Shown: piece by piece, positions 50,511 to 59,695 of the stretch | Layout: each line of letters opens with the position of its first letter | Numbering within the stretch: position 1 is the stretch's first letter | NCBI GenBank assembly: GCA_963813535.1 | Contig: CAWEZH010000002.1 | Location: forward strand, 1,408,001-1,472,000 | Length of the DNA stretch: 64,000 nt | Reading direction: 5' to 3' | DNA from: an uncultured Chloroflexia bacterium | Lineage (GTDB): Bacteria; Chloroflexota; Limnocylindria; Limnocylindrales; CSP1-4 | Program-made: the position numbers and the translations under genes | Notes under the pieces: generated by a model | The model's input: the letters and a program-made list of their open reading frames with translations, nothing else | Databases searched by the model: none | Told to the model about the DNA's origin: nothing

Positions 50511-51932
50511 CTACGCTCCTACGGTCGGATGGTGCGCCAGGTACTCGAGCAGGTCCAGCTTCGTCACCACGCCCACCGGTCGGCCCGCGCTGACGACGAC
50601 CAGGGCCGTCGTCGCGCCGCTCAGCAGCGCGAACGCTTCGTCCAGGTCAGCAGTCGCCTCGACGAGCGGCAGGGGTAGATCCATGACCTCGCCGACCGTG
50701 CGGTCGACCACCGATGGATCCCTGTACGCTCGGTCGAGCAGCCCCTTCTCGTTGATCGACCCGACCAGACCTGTCACCTCATCCCCCTCGGGTCGCTCTG
50801 ACACCGGTAGCTGGCTGACGCCGAAAGTCTGAAGGGTGGCGATCGCGTCGCCGACACGCTCGGTCGTCCGCGCGACGATCACGGGCGGCCGATCGGTGTC
50901 ATGGTGACGGTCGTCGAGCAGGGTCGCGATGCGCGTCGCCGAACCGGTCGTCGGCAGGAGCCCGTTGATTCGCATCCACTCGTCGTTGTAGAGCTTCGAG
51001 AGATAGTTCCGGCCGCCGTCGGGCAGCAGCACGACGACGACCGCTCGTTCGCCGCCATCGGTGGCCACGAGGTCCCGAATGACCTCGCGGGCTGCGATCA
51101 TCGCGGTGCCGCATGAGCCTCCGGCCAGGATCCCCTCCTCGCGCGTGATCCGTCTCGCCATCGCGAAGGCATCGCGATCGCTGACGCGCACCCAGCGGTC
51201 GATCACGGAGGGATCGTACGTGCCTGGCAGGAAGTCCTCGCCGACGCCCTCGGTGAGGTACGGCCGGGCGGTGTCGCCGGACAGCACAGAGCCCTCCGGG
51301 TCCGCACCGATGATCTGGATAGCCGGATCGTGCTCCTTGAGGACACGTGCGGCGCCCGAGATCGTGCCACCGGTCCCGACGCTGGCGACGAAGTGGGTGA
51401 TCCGTCCGTCCGTCTGGTCCCACAGCTCGGGCCCGGTCGTCCGCTCGTGGGCCACAGGGTTCTCCATGTTCCAATACTGGTCGGGCTTGAATGCGCCAGG
51501 GATGTCGCGGGCGAGTCGTGCTGCGACGCTGTAGTAGGACTCCGGCGACTCGGGCGCGACGTTGGTCGGACAGAGCACGACCTCGGCGCCGTACGCGCGT
51601 AGCAATGCCTGCTTCTCGGCAGACTGCTTGTCGGCCATGACGAAGATGCAGCGATAGCCCCTGATGGTCGCGGCGATGGCCAGACCGTGCCCGGTGTTGC
51701 CGCTGGTCGGCTCGATGATCGTGCCGCCGGGCTTCAGCAGCCCGGCCCGCTCAGCGGCCTCGATCATCGGCAGACCGATGCGGTCCTTGACCGACCCACC
51801 GGGATTGAGCATCTCCATCTTGGCGAGGAGCAGCGGTTGCCGCTCGATGGGACCGAGGTCACGCGTGATCCGGCTGATCCGGACGAGTGGCGTGTTGCCG
51901 ACCAGATCGAGTACTGACTCGACATACTGCAT
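50511..51932 (-). CDS. Cystathionine beta-synthase with C-terminal CBS domains
   Basis: VGNTPLV, NPGGSVKDRI, EPTSGNTG, GTGGTISG, EGVGEDF, GGSCG, DGGRNYLSK; CBS pair (VSQLPV...VTKLDLL). Confidence 0.92.
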   Translation of the reverse strand: MQYVESVLDLVGNTPLVRISRITRDLGPIERQPLLLAKMEMLNPGGSVKDRIGLPMIEAAERAGLLKPGGTIIEPTSGNTGHGLAIAATIRGYRCIFVMADKQSAEKQALLRAYGAEVVLCPTNVAPESPESYYSVAARLARDIPGAFKPDQYWNMENPVAHERTTGPELWDQTDGRITHFVASVGTGGTISGAARVLKEHDPAIQIIGADPEGSVLSGDTARPYLTEGVGEDFLPGTYDPSVIDRWVRVSDRDAFAMARRITREEGILAGGSCGTAMIAAREVIRDLVATDGGERAVVVVLLPDGGRNYLSKLYNDEWMRINGLLPTTGSATRIATLLDDRHHDTDRPPVIVARTTERVGDAIATLQTFGVSQLPVSERPEGDEVTGLVGSINEKGLLDRAYRDPSVVDRTVGEVMDLPLPLVEATADLDEAFALLSGATTALVVVSAGRPVGVVTKLDLLEYLAHHPTVGA

Positions 51933-52034
51933 CGGCGGGGAGTATAGGTGCGGCGCCTCGAGCGTGGACACCTCCCGGAATGGGTGACGCCCGAGCCTCG
52001 GGCTGGCTCGGGCGTCTGCCACGCGTTGACTGGA

Positions 52035-52370
52035 TCAGTCGAGGCCACGATCGGCGCGGGTGTCCTCAAGCGCGTCGTACGAGTGGTCACCGGCAGGGAC
52101 CGATAGCCCGCGGTCGGCGCGAGTGTCCTCGAGCGCGTCGTACGAGTGGTCGCCGATGAAGACCGACAGGCCACGGTCGGCGCGGGTGTCCTCGAGCGCG
52201 TCGTACGAGTGGTCGCCGGCCGGAACCGTCACGACCTGGTTCCCGAACCCTGGGGCCTGCACACCGATCACCATCCCCAGGACGGTACCGGCGGCAAAGA
52301 CGACTGCCAGGATCGGCACGGCGAGTGCCGTCCGAGGTTCAGTGAAGGTCGGCTGTCGGGTGGCCTGCAT
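52035..52370 (-). CDS. Small exported/anchored protein with three tandem 21-aa repeats
   Basis: GGAAGGAG RBS; hydrophobic helix LAVPILAVVFAAGTVLGMVIGV; then three copies of GDHSYDALEDTRADRGL whose DNA differences are synonymous. Confidence 0.8.
   Translation of the reverse strand: MQATRQPTFTEPRTALAVPILAVVFAAGTVLGMVIGVQAPGFGNQVVTVPAGDHSYDALEDTRADRGLSVFIGDHSYDALEDTRADRGLSVPAGDHSYDALEDTRADRGLD
52041..52226. repeat. 63-bp tandem repeat x3
   Basis: GTCGTACGAGTGGTC at 52074, 52137 and 52200. Confidence 0.95.
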
Positions 52371-52439
52371 CGCGGGTCTCCTTCCCTCCATCGTCCCCGG
52401 CGGTCGTTCCGCCGGCCGATCGATGTTTCGATGCGATGC

Positions 52440-52485
52440 ACGCTATGGGCAGCGACCCACCCGCTTCATCCGGTACCTCCCTCAT
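52440..52485 (-). promoter_or_regulatory. Putative activator-dependent promoter: -10 TAGCGT plus an 18-bp imperfect palindrome at about -35 to -52
   Basis: Minus strand ATGAGGGAGGTACCGGAT (52485-52468), then 22 nt, then TAGCGT (52445-52440). Confidence 0.4.
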
Positions 52486-55240
52486 TCGTTGCCGCGAATC
52501 GACCGGCGAGCTCCGCCCGGTTGCGGACGTTCATCTTGGCGAGCACGTTCGACACGTGACGCTCGACGGTCTTTCGCGACAGGAACAACGTGTCTGCGAT
52601 CTCCGGGTTCGTCGCCCCCTGCGCGATGAGGGTCGCGACTTCCATCTCTCGGCCAGTCAACACCTGGCTGCCGGCACGCGCGTCGGTCTGGCCACGCCGC
52701 CACGTCCGGACGCCAAGCTGACGCAGGCCGCGCTCGGCGAGCCGTGTGATCGCCGGTGCTCCCATCTCCATCGCGCTGGCGGCTACCTCGCGGAACGCCG
52801 TGGCCGCGCCACCGCGATCGACGCTGGTCAATGCACGGGCACGATCGAGGCGGATGAGCTCGCCCTCGAGCCGCGACGCCATCGCGTCCGCGCGGGCCAC
52901 GGCGTCATCCAGGCGCGCGATCCCATCCGGCTTCCGCTCCATCGCCAGGATCAGACCATCGACCCAGGTACGTCGGACGTCGTCGATGGTGACAGGGTCC
53001 GGCACCTCGCGAACCAAGCCGTCGAAGCGCTGCCGCGCGCCGTCCGCGTCGCCGATCCGTGCCAGCGACTCCGCTGCGCCGAGCTCCAGGGCATGCCGGC
53101 ATCGCGGGCAGTTGGCCTCGGCCGCGTCCGCCAGACCGGCATCGATGTGCCTCCTCACCTCGATCGCCGCTCGCGGACCATCGAGGCGAGCGAGCCACGA
53201 CGCGATGACCTGATGGAACGTGATCCGATGGTGAGGGTCGGGCTGCGCGGCGAGACCCGCCAGGAGACCGTCCATCGCCTGCTGGCGGTCGCCGCGCAGG
53301 ACCTCGATCTCCCATGGGGTCATCCGGCTCCGCCCGCGGAACCGTCCGAGATCGCCGATCCGCTCCGCCAGCACGCTGACCTCGGCGAGGACACGTGCGG
53401 CCTCCTCGATGTCTCCGAGCTGCATCCGCTTCTCGACGAGGTAGAACCCGGCGTCGACCGCGATCGATGGCAGAAGACGAGCGTTCGCCTCGGCGACGAC
53501 ATGGGCGTAGCGGTCCGCGGCCGCACGGAGGTTACCGTCCATCTCCTGGGCGAGCCCGGCGTGATAGAGCGCACGCAGGTAGGCGAAATCGCCGGCAGCA
53601 CGGGAGACCCCGACGAGCTCATCGGCGAGAGGCGACAGATCGCCTGAAACCTCGGCCTGGACCTTGGTCTCGAACGCGATCTCGAGCGCGTCGATATACG
53701 CCCGGCGTTGCCGTTCGTCGAGATGGTCGCTACCGCCTGCACCGATCGCGAGGCGCCGAGCTCCTTCGACGGCCCGCCCTGCGATCGACCAGCCGTCGCT
53801 CCCCTGATGCTCGAGCCAGACCGCGACGCGGGCGTCGAGCGCGTCGAGCTCGACGACCTGGACCTCGGTCGGATCGCCCCGTCGACCGCGCTCGACGCAC
53901 GTGCGTGCGTCCGGCGTCCGCCGAAGCTCTGCGGCTGCCTGGCCCGCGGCGATGATCGCGTCGGTTCGCTCGACCCCGTCCCGAAGCTCGTCGGCCAGGC
54001 CCGACCATCCATCGAAGGCCGCCTGATGGTCGCCGGTCTCGGCCGCCAGCGTCGCGATCGACCTGAGGAGGCGAACTCGATCAGGATGCTCGGTCGACGT
54101 CGCGTCCGCCATTGTTCGCAGCATCGCGACACCATCGTTGCCGAGCCACCGACGCCGCGGCGACGTTGCGACGCGGACCGCGAGCGCGACCGGGTCCAGC
54201 CCCGCAGCCACGCGATGCTCCAGTGCCGCACGCAGGATCATCACGTCGTCGGTCTCAGCGGCCGTCTCCAGCAGGAACGCCGCCCACCGTGCATGCAGCT
54301 CGCGCAGCCGGTCGGGTGCGACCTCGGCCCGCGCGGCGGCCCTCGCGAGATCGTGGCTGAACGCCACGCTGCCGCCTCGCGCCAGCACGATCCCTGCGTC
54401 GACCAGCAGGTCGACGGCCCGAGCCGTTCGGGCACCATCCCAACCCGCAAAACGCGCGAGGCCCGCCGGCGACTCGGGGCGACCCGCAGCCGCCAGGATG
54501 TCCATGAGGTCGCCGGCATCGACGTCGCTCGGCCGCGCCAGTGACGGGACGTCGCGTCGGACGTCGACGCCGCGATCGCGCGCGAGGATCTCGATCCAGT
54601 AGGGCGAGCCGGCGGCCATCCGCCATACCCGGGATGCGGCCGACTCGACGTCGCCCCACAGCGAGCGCACCATCTCGACCCCGGCCTCCTCGTCGAGCGG
54701 TTCGAGGTCGATCGACGCGACCCGTCCGACTGCGCCCACGACGTGGACGATCGAGCCATGGAACGAACTCGTCACCGGACCAACGCGACCGGCCGCCAGG
54801 ACGCCCAAGGCCCGGTCAGAGCCGGCGGACGCACGGATCAGGTAGTGACACAGCGCTCGCGTACGCTCGTCCACCCACTGGAGATCGTCGATCACGAGGA
54901 GCGCGCGCCCGGCGTCGGCGAGCCTGCGGTGCGCTGCCTCGAACACTTGGAGCATCTCGGTCGCGGCCTCAGGTGATGCGGTCGACGGAAACGCGTCAAG
55001 CGCCTTCAGCAGGTCCCGAGCAGCCGCAAGCGGGACCTCGCGCTCGGGCTCGTACCCGACGACATCGAACAGGCTCTGCCCGGACATGCGCTCTCGCGCC
55101 TCAGCGAGGAGACGTGTCTTGCCGATCCCCGGTGGGCCGGACAGGACGACCAACAGGACTCGTTTCGGGTCGTCCTCGGCGCGCCCGAGGTCCGCGATCG
55201 CGGCCAGCTCGCGTTCGCGTCCGACGAACGCCGGTTGCAT
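52466..55240 (-). CDS. LAL/MalT-type regulator: AAA/STAND ATPase, helical repeats and LuxR HTH
   Basis: FVGRERELA, GPPGIGKTRLL, LLVIDDLQWVD, GSPYWI, FSHDL; C-terminal LTGREMEVA..GATNPEIADTLFLSRKTVERHVSNVLAKM..RNRAEL. Confidence 0.93.
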   Translation of the reverse strand: MQPAFVGRERELAAIADLGRAEDDPKRVLLVVLSGPPGIGKTRLLAEARERMSGQSLFDVVGYEPEREVPLAAARDLLKALDAFPSTASPEAATEMLQVFEAAHRRLADAGRALLVIDDLQWVDERTRALCHYLIRASAGSDRALGVLAAGRVGPVTSSFHGSIVHVVGAVGRVASIDLEPLDEEAGVEMVRSLWGDVESAASRVWRMAAGSPYWIEILARDRGVDVRRDVPSLARPSDVDAGDLMDILAAAGRPESPAGLARFAGWDGARTARAVDLLVDAGIVLARGGSVAFSHDLARAAARAEVAPDRLRELHARWAAFLLETAAETDDVMILRAALEHRVAAGLDPVALAVRVATSPRRRWLGNDGVAMLRTMADATSTEHPDRVRLLRSIATLAAETGDHQAAFDGWSGLADELRDGVERTDAIIAAGQAAAELRRTPDARTCVERGRRGDPTEVQVVELDALDARVAVWLEHQGSDGWSIAGRAVEGARRLAIGAGGSDHLDERQRRAYIDALEIAFETKVQAEVSGDLSPLADELVGVSRAAGDFAYLRALYHAGLAQEMDGNLRAAADRYAHVVAEANARLLPSIAVDAGFYLVEKRMQLGDIEEAARVLAEVSVLAERIGDLGRFRGRSRMTPWEIEVLRGDRQQAMDGLLAGLAAQPDPHHRITFHQVIASWLARLDGPRAAIEVRRHIDAGLADAAEANCPRCRHALELGAAESLARIGDADGARQRFDGLVREVPDPVTIDDVRRTWVDGLILAMERKPDGIARLDDAVARADAMASRLEGELIRLDRARALTSVDRGGAATAFREVAASAMEMGAPAITRLAERGLRQLGVRTWRRGQTDARAGSQVLTGREMEVATLIAQGATNPEIADTLFLSRKTVERHVSNVLAKMNVRNRAELAGRFAATNEGGTG

Positions 55241-55277
55241 CCGACAAGCCTACTCCGGCCCCGCCTGTCGTCCGTCG

Positions 55278-56153
55278 TCAGTCGCGGTCGAGCCGTCCCG
55301 GTCGGAGCAGCAGCCACGTGAGCCGGCGGCGCAACCGCCGCGGGTGGTCGGGCGGATCGAGCGTCGTCGGATGGAGGGCCTCGATGACCGGCCCGAGGCG
55401 TTCGGCAAGCCGTTCGCTGAGTAGTCGCGCGAGCTCGAGCTCCTCACGGGATCCCGGAGTCGGGAGGGGCGCGTCGACTGCAAGACCGGCCAGTTGGCGG
55501 ACGGTCGTCGGCGGGAGCACCCGCGAGACCATCCGCCGCCCGACGTACAGCTCTTCCGTGCCGACCATCGCCAACGGGAGGATCGGCGCGTCCGTTCGCT
55601 GGGCGATGATCGCCCAGCCATTGCGCAGCGCCCCCAGCCGACCGGCCGGCCCGCTGACGGTCCCCTCCGGCATCTGGACGAAGACCGCGCCGTTGGCGAC
55701 GACCGCCCGAGCCGACTCGACGTGCGCGTCGATGCCGACGCCGCCGCGCCAGACAGGCAGCAGGCCACCGATCCGCTTGATGAGCCATTCACGCCACGGC
55801 GCGGTGAACGTCGACGGCCCGCTGCCGAGGAACCAGCACCGCGGCTCCGTCGGGAGGGCGTGCATGACGACGAACGGGTCCATCCAGCCGCGGTGTGCGG
55901 CGGCGACCAGCAGGTATCCACCATCCGACGGCACGTGTTCCTGACCCGACGTCGCGATCCGGAACCGGAAGACGACGAAGCACAGGAACCGCACGACCAG
56001 CCGCAGCGACCGATAGAGGACTGACGCTGTCGCCTCGGGCGGGCGACCCAGCCAGGCCAGCCCCTCCGCCGCGCCGCCTCGGGCCGCCGCCATCGCCTCG
56101 GGCGTGATCCGGGCGGGTGGCGGTTTGCGCCGCCGGGCGGCCGGCTCGGTCAT
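55278..56153 (-). CDS. 1-acyl-sn-glycerol-3-phosphate acyltransferase (PlsC-like)
   Basis: HRGWMD (HxxxxD), MPEGT, PILP. Confidence 0.88.
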   Translation of the reverse strand: MTEPAARRRKPPPARITPEAMAAARGGAAEGLAWLGRPPEATASVLYRSLRLVVRFLCFVVFRFRIATSGQEHVPSDGGYLLVAAAHRGWMDPFVVMHALPTEPRCWFLGSGPSTFTAPWREWLIKRIGGLLPVWRGGVGIDAHVESARAVVANGAVFVQMPEGTVSGPAGRLGALRNGWAIIAQRTDAPILPLAMVGTEELYVGRRMVSRVLPPTTVRQLAGLAVDAPLPTPGSREELELARLLSERLAERLGPVIEALHPTTLDPPDHPRRLRRRLTWLLLRPGRLDRD

Positions 56154-57229
56154 GTCGGTCGTTGGTCGGGCTCGTCGGGCGGGGTGGTCGGCGGCGACTC
56201 GATCTCGTGATCTGCGGCGAGGTCATCGTCGGCATCGATGTCGTCGGCCGGGGCGGCATCGGTGGCCGGCCGGACGTCCTCTTCCTGGTCGATGATCGCG
56301 TCCCAGTCGACCGTCTCCTCAGCCGGAGGGAGGTTCGCCCACGGCTCGTCGATCGGACGCGTCATCCACTCCGCGCCGATGGCGCCCCACGTCGCCCGTT
56401 GCGGGAAGGCCGGGGGCGGGTCGGCCGGATGGCCGCGCCGATGGCGATAGAGCAGCCCGCCGATACCGATCAGGATCACGGTCAGCGAGATGATCTGGGC
56501 GACCGGCACTCCGAAGAACGTCCAGTTGTCGACCCGCAGGAACTCGAGCAGGAACCGCGTCGTTCCGTACCAGGCGAAGAAGACGAGGAGCAGGTCACCC
56601 GGCCGCAGGCGGGAGCGGAACCGGAAACCCAGCCAGATCAGGAATGCGGCCCCAAGGATCCCCGAGATCGACTCGTAGAGGAACAACGGATGGAAGCGTG
56701 TGGTCGCCTCGGGCAACGACGTGCATGGGTACGCGTCCTGCAGCCGGTACGCACAGTCGATTGGGATGCCCCACGGCAGCGACGTCGGCGGTCCGTAGAG
56801 CTCCTGGTTGAAGTAGTTGCCCCAGCGTCCGATGGCCTGCATCACGAACAGGGCGGGCGCGATGATGTCGACCCAGCGAGCGAAGCTGACATGACGGCGG
56901 CGTGCGTACCACCACGCGGCGAGCGTCCCGGTGAGGATGCCGCCGTAGACCCCGAGTCCCGAGTAGGGCGGCAGGATGATCTTCAGCGGGTCGTTCGCGT
57001 ACAGGTGCCACTGGTCGATGACGTGATACAGCCGGCCGCCGATGAGCGCCGCGACCGCCACGATGATGATGCCGTTCCCGATGATCTCGGGGTCCTCCCC
57101 CGCGAGGCGCGCCAGGCGGACCATCAACAGGTACGCAGCGGCCAACCCGAGCGCGTAGCAGATCCCGTACCAGCCGATGCTGAGCGGGCCGAGCTGGAGC
57201 GCGATCGGATCCGGGGGGATGTCGAACAT
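56150..57229 (-). CDS. lgt: Prolipoprotein diacylglyceryl transferase
   Basis: IGWYG, IGGRLYHV, GLGVYGG, QAIGRWGNYFNQELYG, PWG, HPLFLYES, RFLLEFLR. Confidence 0.95.
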   Translation of the reverse strand: MFDIPPDPIALQLGPLSIGWYGICYALGLAAAYLLMVRLARLAGEDPEIIGNGIIIVAVAALIGGRLYHVIDQWHLYANDPLKIILPPYSGLGVYGGILTGTLAAWWYARRRHVSFARWVDIIAPALFVMQAIGRWGNYFNQELYGPPTSLPWGIPIDCAYRLQDAYPCTSLPEATTRFHPLFLYESISGILGAAFLIWLGFRFRSRLRPGDLLLVFFAWYGTTRFLLEFLRVDNWTFFGVPVAQIISLTVILIGIGGLLYRHRRGHPADPPPAFPQRATWGAIGAEWMTRPIDEPWANLPPAEETVDWDAIIDQEEDVRPATDAAPADDIDADDDLAADHEIESPPTTPPDEPDQRPT

Positions 57230-57288
57230 AGGCGCGAGTGTATGGCCGCGACCGCCTGGCCGGTGGACCGTCCCTATACTTCGCGGCG

Positions 57289-57843
57289 GTGAACGCCGAG
57301 TTCAACTGGTGGCTGCTCATCGTCGGGCTCGTCGTCGGGGCGGGGCTGGCCTGGTTCGTGCTGATGGATACGCGCCGGCGCGACGTCGATGTCGATGAGC
57401 ACGAACGGCCGCGAGAAGCGCTCTGGCTGGCCCGGATGCTCGCCGACGAGGGACACCCCGTCAGCCCGGAGGCTGCGGACCGGCTGCTCGTCCTCCACAG
57501 GTCCTACCTCGATGCGCCACCGCCGGACGATCCAGAGCCGGCCCCGCCGCCGCCGCCGGACGTGTCTCGCGCCCCGTCCGACACCACAGCGACCGGCCTC
57601 GCCGGAGGCCCCCCGCCGGCGCGCGAGGGGGGTCCGAACCGTCAGAGCTCCCCGGCGATGACCGGATCGGCGCTGAGCGACGTCCCCCCGACGTCCGTCA
57701 GTGAGACGCCGAAGGTGGTCCCGTCAGGGAGGTTGCTGACCTCCGGCGTGTCGCCGACCCAGAATGCGAGGTCGTCGGCGAAGAACATCCGACCGACGTC
57801 AACGCGCTGCCCATCGACCTCGACCCAACAGCGGTACTCCTGA
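57289..57843 (+). CDS. Single-TM hypothetical protein (3' end uncertain)
   Basis: GTG 8 nt after TATACT; NWWLLIVGLVVGAGLAWFVL helix, helical domain and Pro-rich tail. The 200-bp antisense overlap with the anti-sigma gene may reflect an indel. Confidence 0.65.
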   Translation: MNAEFNWWLLIVGLVVGAGLAWFVLMDTRRRDVDVDEHERPREALWLARMLADEGHPVSPEAADRLLVLHRSYLDAPPPDDPEPAPPPPPDVSRAPSDTTATGLAGGPPPAREGGPNRQSSPAMTGSALSDVPPTSVSETPKVVPSGRLLTSGVSPTQNARSSAKNIRPTSTRCPSTSTQQRYS

Positions 57844-58475
57844 CCACGTGGCGGTTGATCGAGGTCCGACGCGACGACGACGAGCTTCGTCGTCGACGGT
57901 GAGAACAGCAATTCGGCTGTCGTGTCGCCACCATCGCTCGAGGTCAACGTCACGCGCCGGGCGTCGGGGTCGGCGCTGAGGTCGAGGGTCGCGCGGTTGA
58001 CGTTCTCGAGGGCCGTCACCGCCGAGCCGTAGCGCTCGGCATCGGCCCGACCCGCGACGAACGCCAGGGAACCGACGACGAGGACGAGCGCTGCCGCCGC
58101 GACCGCCGCCCACGCCGGGATGCGGGATCGCCGGCCGCGGCGTCCCTCGAGCGGCTGGGCGACGGTCGTGCCGTGGTCGCCGTCGTCATCCGATCGATCC
58201 GGAGCGTCCGTGGCCGCGTCGCGCGACCGCCCGTGCTCGCGCACGTAGGCCAGCGTCCGTTCCCGAAGGTCCGCGGGCGGCGTCGTCCGAACGACGTCCC
58301 GCAGCAATGGTGCTGCCCGCGTCAGCCGGCGCAGCTCTTCGGAGCAGTTGTCGCAGCCAGCCAGGTGCGCGACGACGGCCGCGGCCATCGCGGTGTCGCC
58401 CGCCATCAGCCGTTCGAGCCCACCCGGCTCGACGGCCGCCAGCTCCAGTTGCTCCAGGACGTCGTCGTGATCCAT
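57642..58475 (-). CDS. Anti-sigma factor (ZAS motif, TM helix, RskA-like extracellular domain)
   Basis: H...HLAGCDNC, PPADLRERTL, TM helix, QEYRCWV, FGVSL. Confidence 0.85.
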   Translation of the reverse strand: MDHDDVLEQLELAAVEPGGLERLMAGDTAMAAAVVAHLAGCDNCSEELRRLTRAAPLLRDVVRTTPPADLRERTLAYVREHGRSRDAATDAPDRSDDDGDHGTTVAQPLEGRRGRRSRIPAWAAVAAAALVLVVGSLAFVAGRADAERYGSAVTALENVNRATLDLSADPDARRVTLTSSDGGDTTAELLFSPSTTKLVVVASDLDQPPRGQEYRCWVEVDGQRVDVGRMFFADDLAFWVGDTPEVSNLPDGTTFGVSLTDVGGTSLSADPVIAGEL

Positions 58476-58486
58476 CGGTCTCCGTG

Positions 58487-59188
58487 TCAGTGATCGGGAC
58501 CGGCCAGCTCGGCCGGTGCCATGTAGCGGGTGAATTCGGGGCCGACGCCGCTGCCGAGCACCTCACGGAGGTGACGCAGCGCTCGTCGCGTGCGGGTCTT
58601 GACGGTGCCGAGCGGCCATCCGAGCCGCTCCGCGATCTCCGATTGCGACAGGTCCTCGCTGTAGGCCATGACGATCACGACCCGCTCGGCCTCGGGCATC
58701 TCGGCGAGTGCGTGCTGCAGCGCCGTTCGGAGCTCACGGAGTGCCAATTCCCTTTCTGGTGATGCCGGGGGGACGGCCCCCGCCACGATCATGCCGCCGG
58801 CGAGCACGCGTTCGAGCGTGTCCGCGTCGGCCTCGTCCGAGCTGCCGAGCGCCGAGCCGCCCGATGCGGCCGACGACAGCGGTACGAGATTCGGTCGCCG
58901 TCCGGCTGCTCGCAATCGGTCGACGGTCCTGTTGCGGGCGATGGTGTGCAGCCATGCCGCCAACGAGCCGATCGACGGGTCGAACGTCTCTGCACGGTCC
59001 CATAACGCCAGGAAGGTCTCCTGGACGACTTCTTCCGCCATCCCTCGATCCGACGTCAGTCGGCTCGCCGAAGCGAAGACCGCGCCGGCATGCCGGTCAT
59101 AGAGCGCCGCCAGGGCATCGTGCGAACCCGACGCGACCGCCCGGACAAGGGTCGCGTCGGAGCCCGAGCCCGGGTCGGCGCCCGTCAT
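58487..59188 (-). CDS. ECF RNA polymerase sigma factor (SigK-like)
   Basis: LYDRH, AEEVVQETFLALW, WLHTIARNRTVDRLR, LSQSEIAERLGWPLGTVKTRTRRAL. Confidence 0.93.
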   Translation of the reverse strand: MTGADPGSGSDATLVRAVASGSHDALAALYDRHAGAVFASASRLTSDRGMAEEVVQETFLALWDRAETFDPSIGSLAAWLHTIARNRTVDRLRAAGRRPNLVPLSSAASGGSALGSSDEADADTLERVLAGGMIVAGAVPPASPERELALRELRTALQHALAEMPEAERVVIVMAYSEDLSQSEIAERLGWPLGTVKTRTRRALRHLREVLGSGVGPEFTRYMAPAELAGPDH

Positions 59189-59243
59189 CGGATACGCCTA
59201 GGGGCGGTCGGCCGGTTTTCGACCGTCGTCGACCGGGTCACGC

Positions 59244-59558
59244 TCACCAGGTCCCGGCTGCATGACGCGCAGTCGCTGCGAGCGATCCGTCCTGGAGATG
59301 CGCTTCGAGGCAGGTCACGCCATCGGGACCGACAAGCGCGTCGTGTGCCGTCCCGGCCAGGAGCTCGAGGCGATCGCCTGCGGCGAGGTCGATCGCGCCC
59401 CCGTCGAGACCGAACCTGATGCTGCCGGCAGTCACCACGATGACCTTGTCGTAGCCGTGGTCGTGCGACGCGTAGCGATCGCCCGGTCCGTTCGACCAGG
59501 CGCCGGGTTGGAGACCTTCCTCGATGAGGCGCCCCCGAAGGGCGCTCGAGTCGGACAT
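59244..59558 (-). CDS. Cupin-domain protein
   Basis: YASHDHGYDKVIVV..GSI.F, L.AGDRLEL.AGTAHDA.VG...CLEAH. Confidence 0.85.
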   Translation of the reverse strand: MSDSSALRGRLIEEGLQPGAWSNGPGDRYASHDHGYDKVIVVTAGSIRFGLDGGAIDLAAGDRLELLAGTAHDALVGPDGVTCLEAHLQDGSLAATARHAAGTW

Positions 59559-59695
59559 GGCCGAGGCATGGTACCCGCGGTCGGCTCGGAGCGACGCCGA
59601 GCGCAGCGGCGACGTGGCGTCGCGATCGATCCGGAGGCCCGGATCCGGCGAACACGCTGATGGATCCGGCGCGGAGGTCGCCTAGACTCGGTCCG

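Noticed and set aside
52041-52226. Possible CRISPR array
   Set aside because: Units are contiguous, in-frame 63-mers with synonymous variation; no unique spacers and no cas genes
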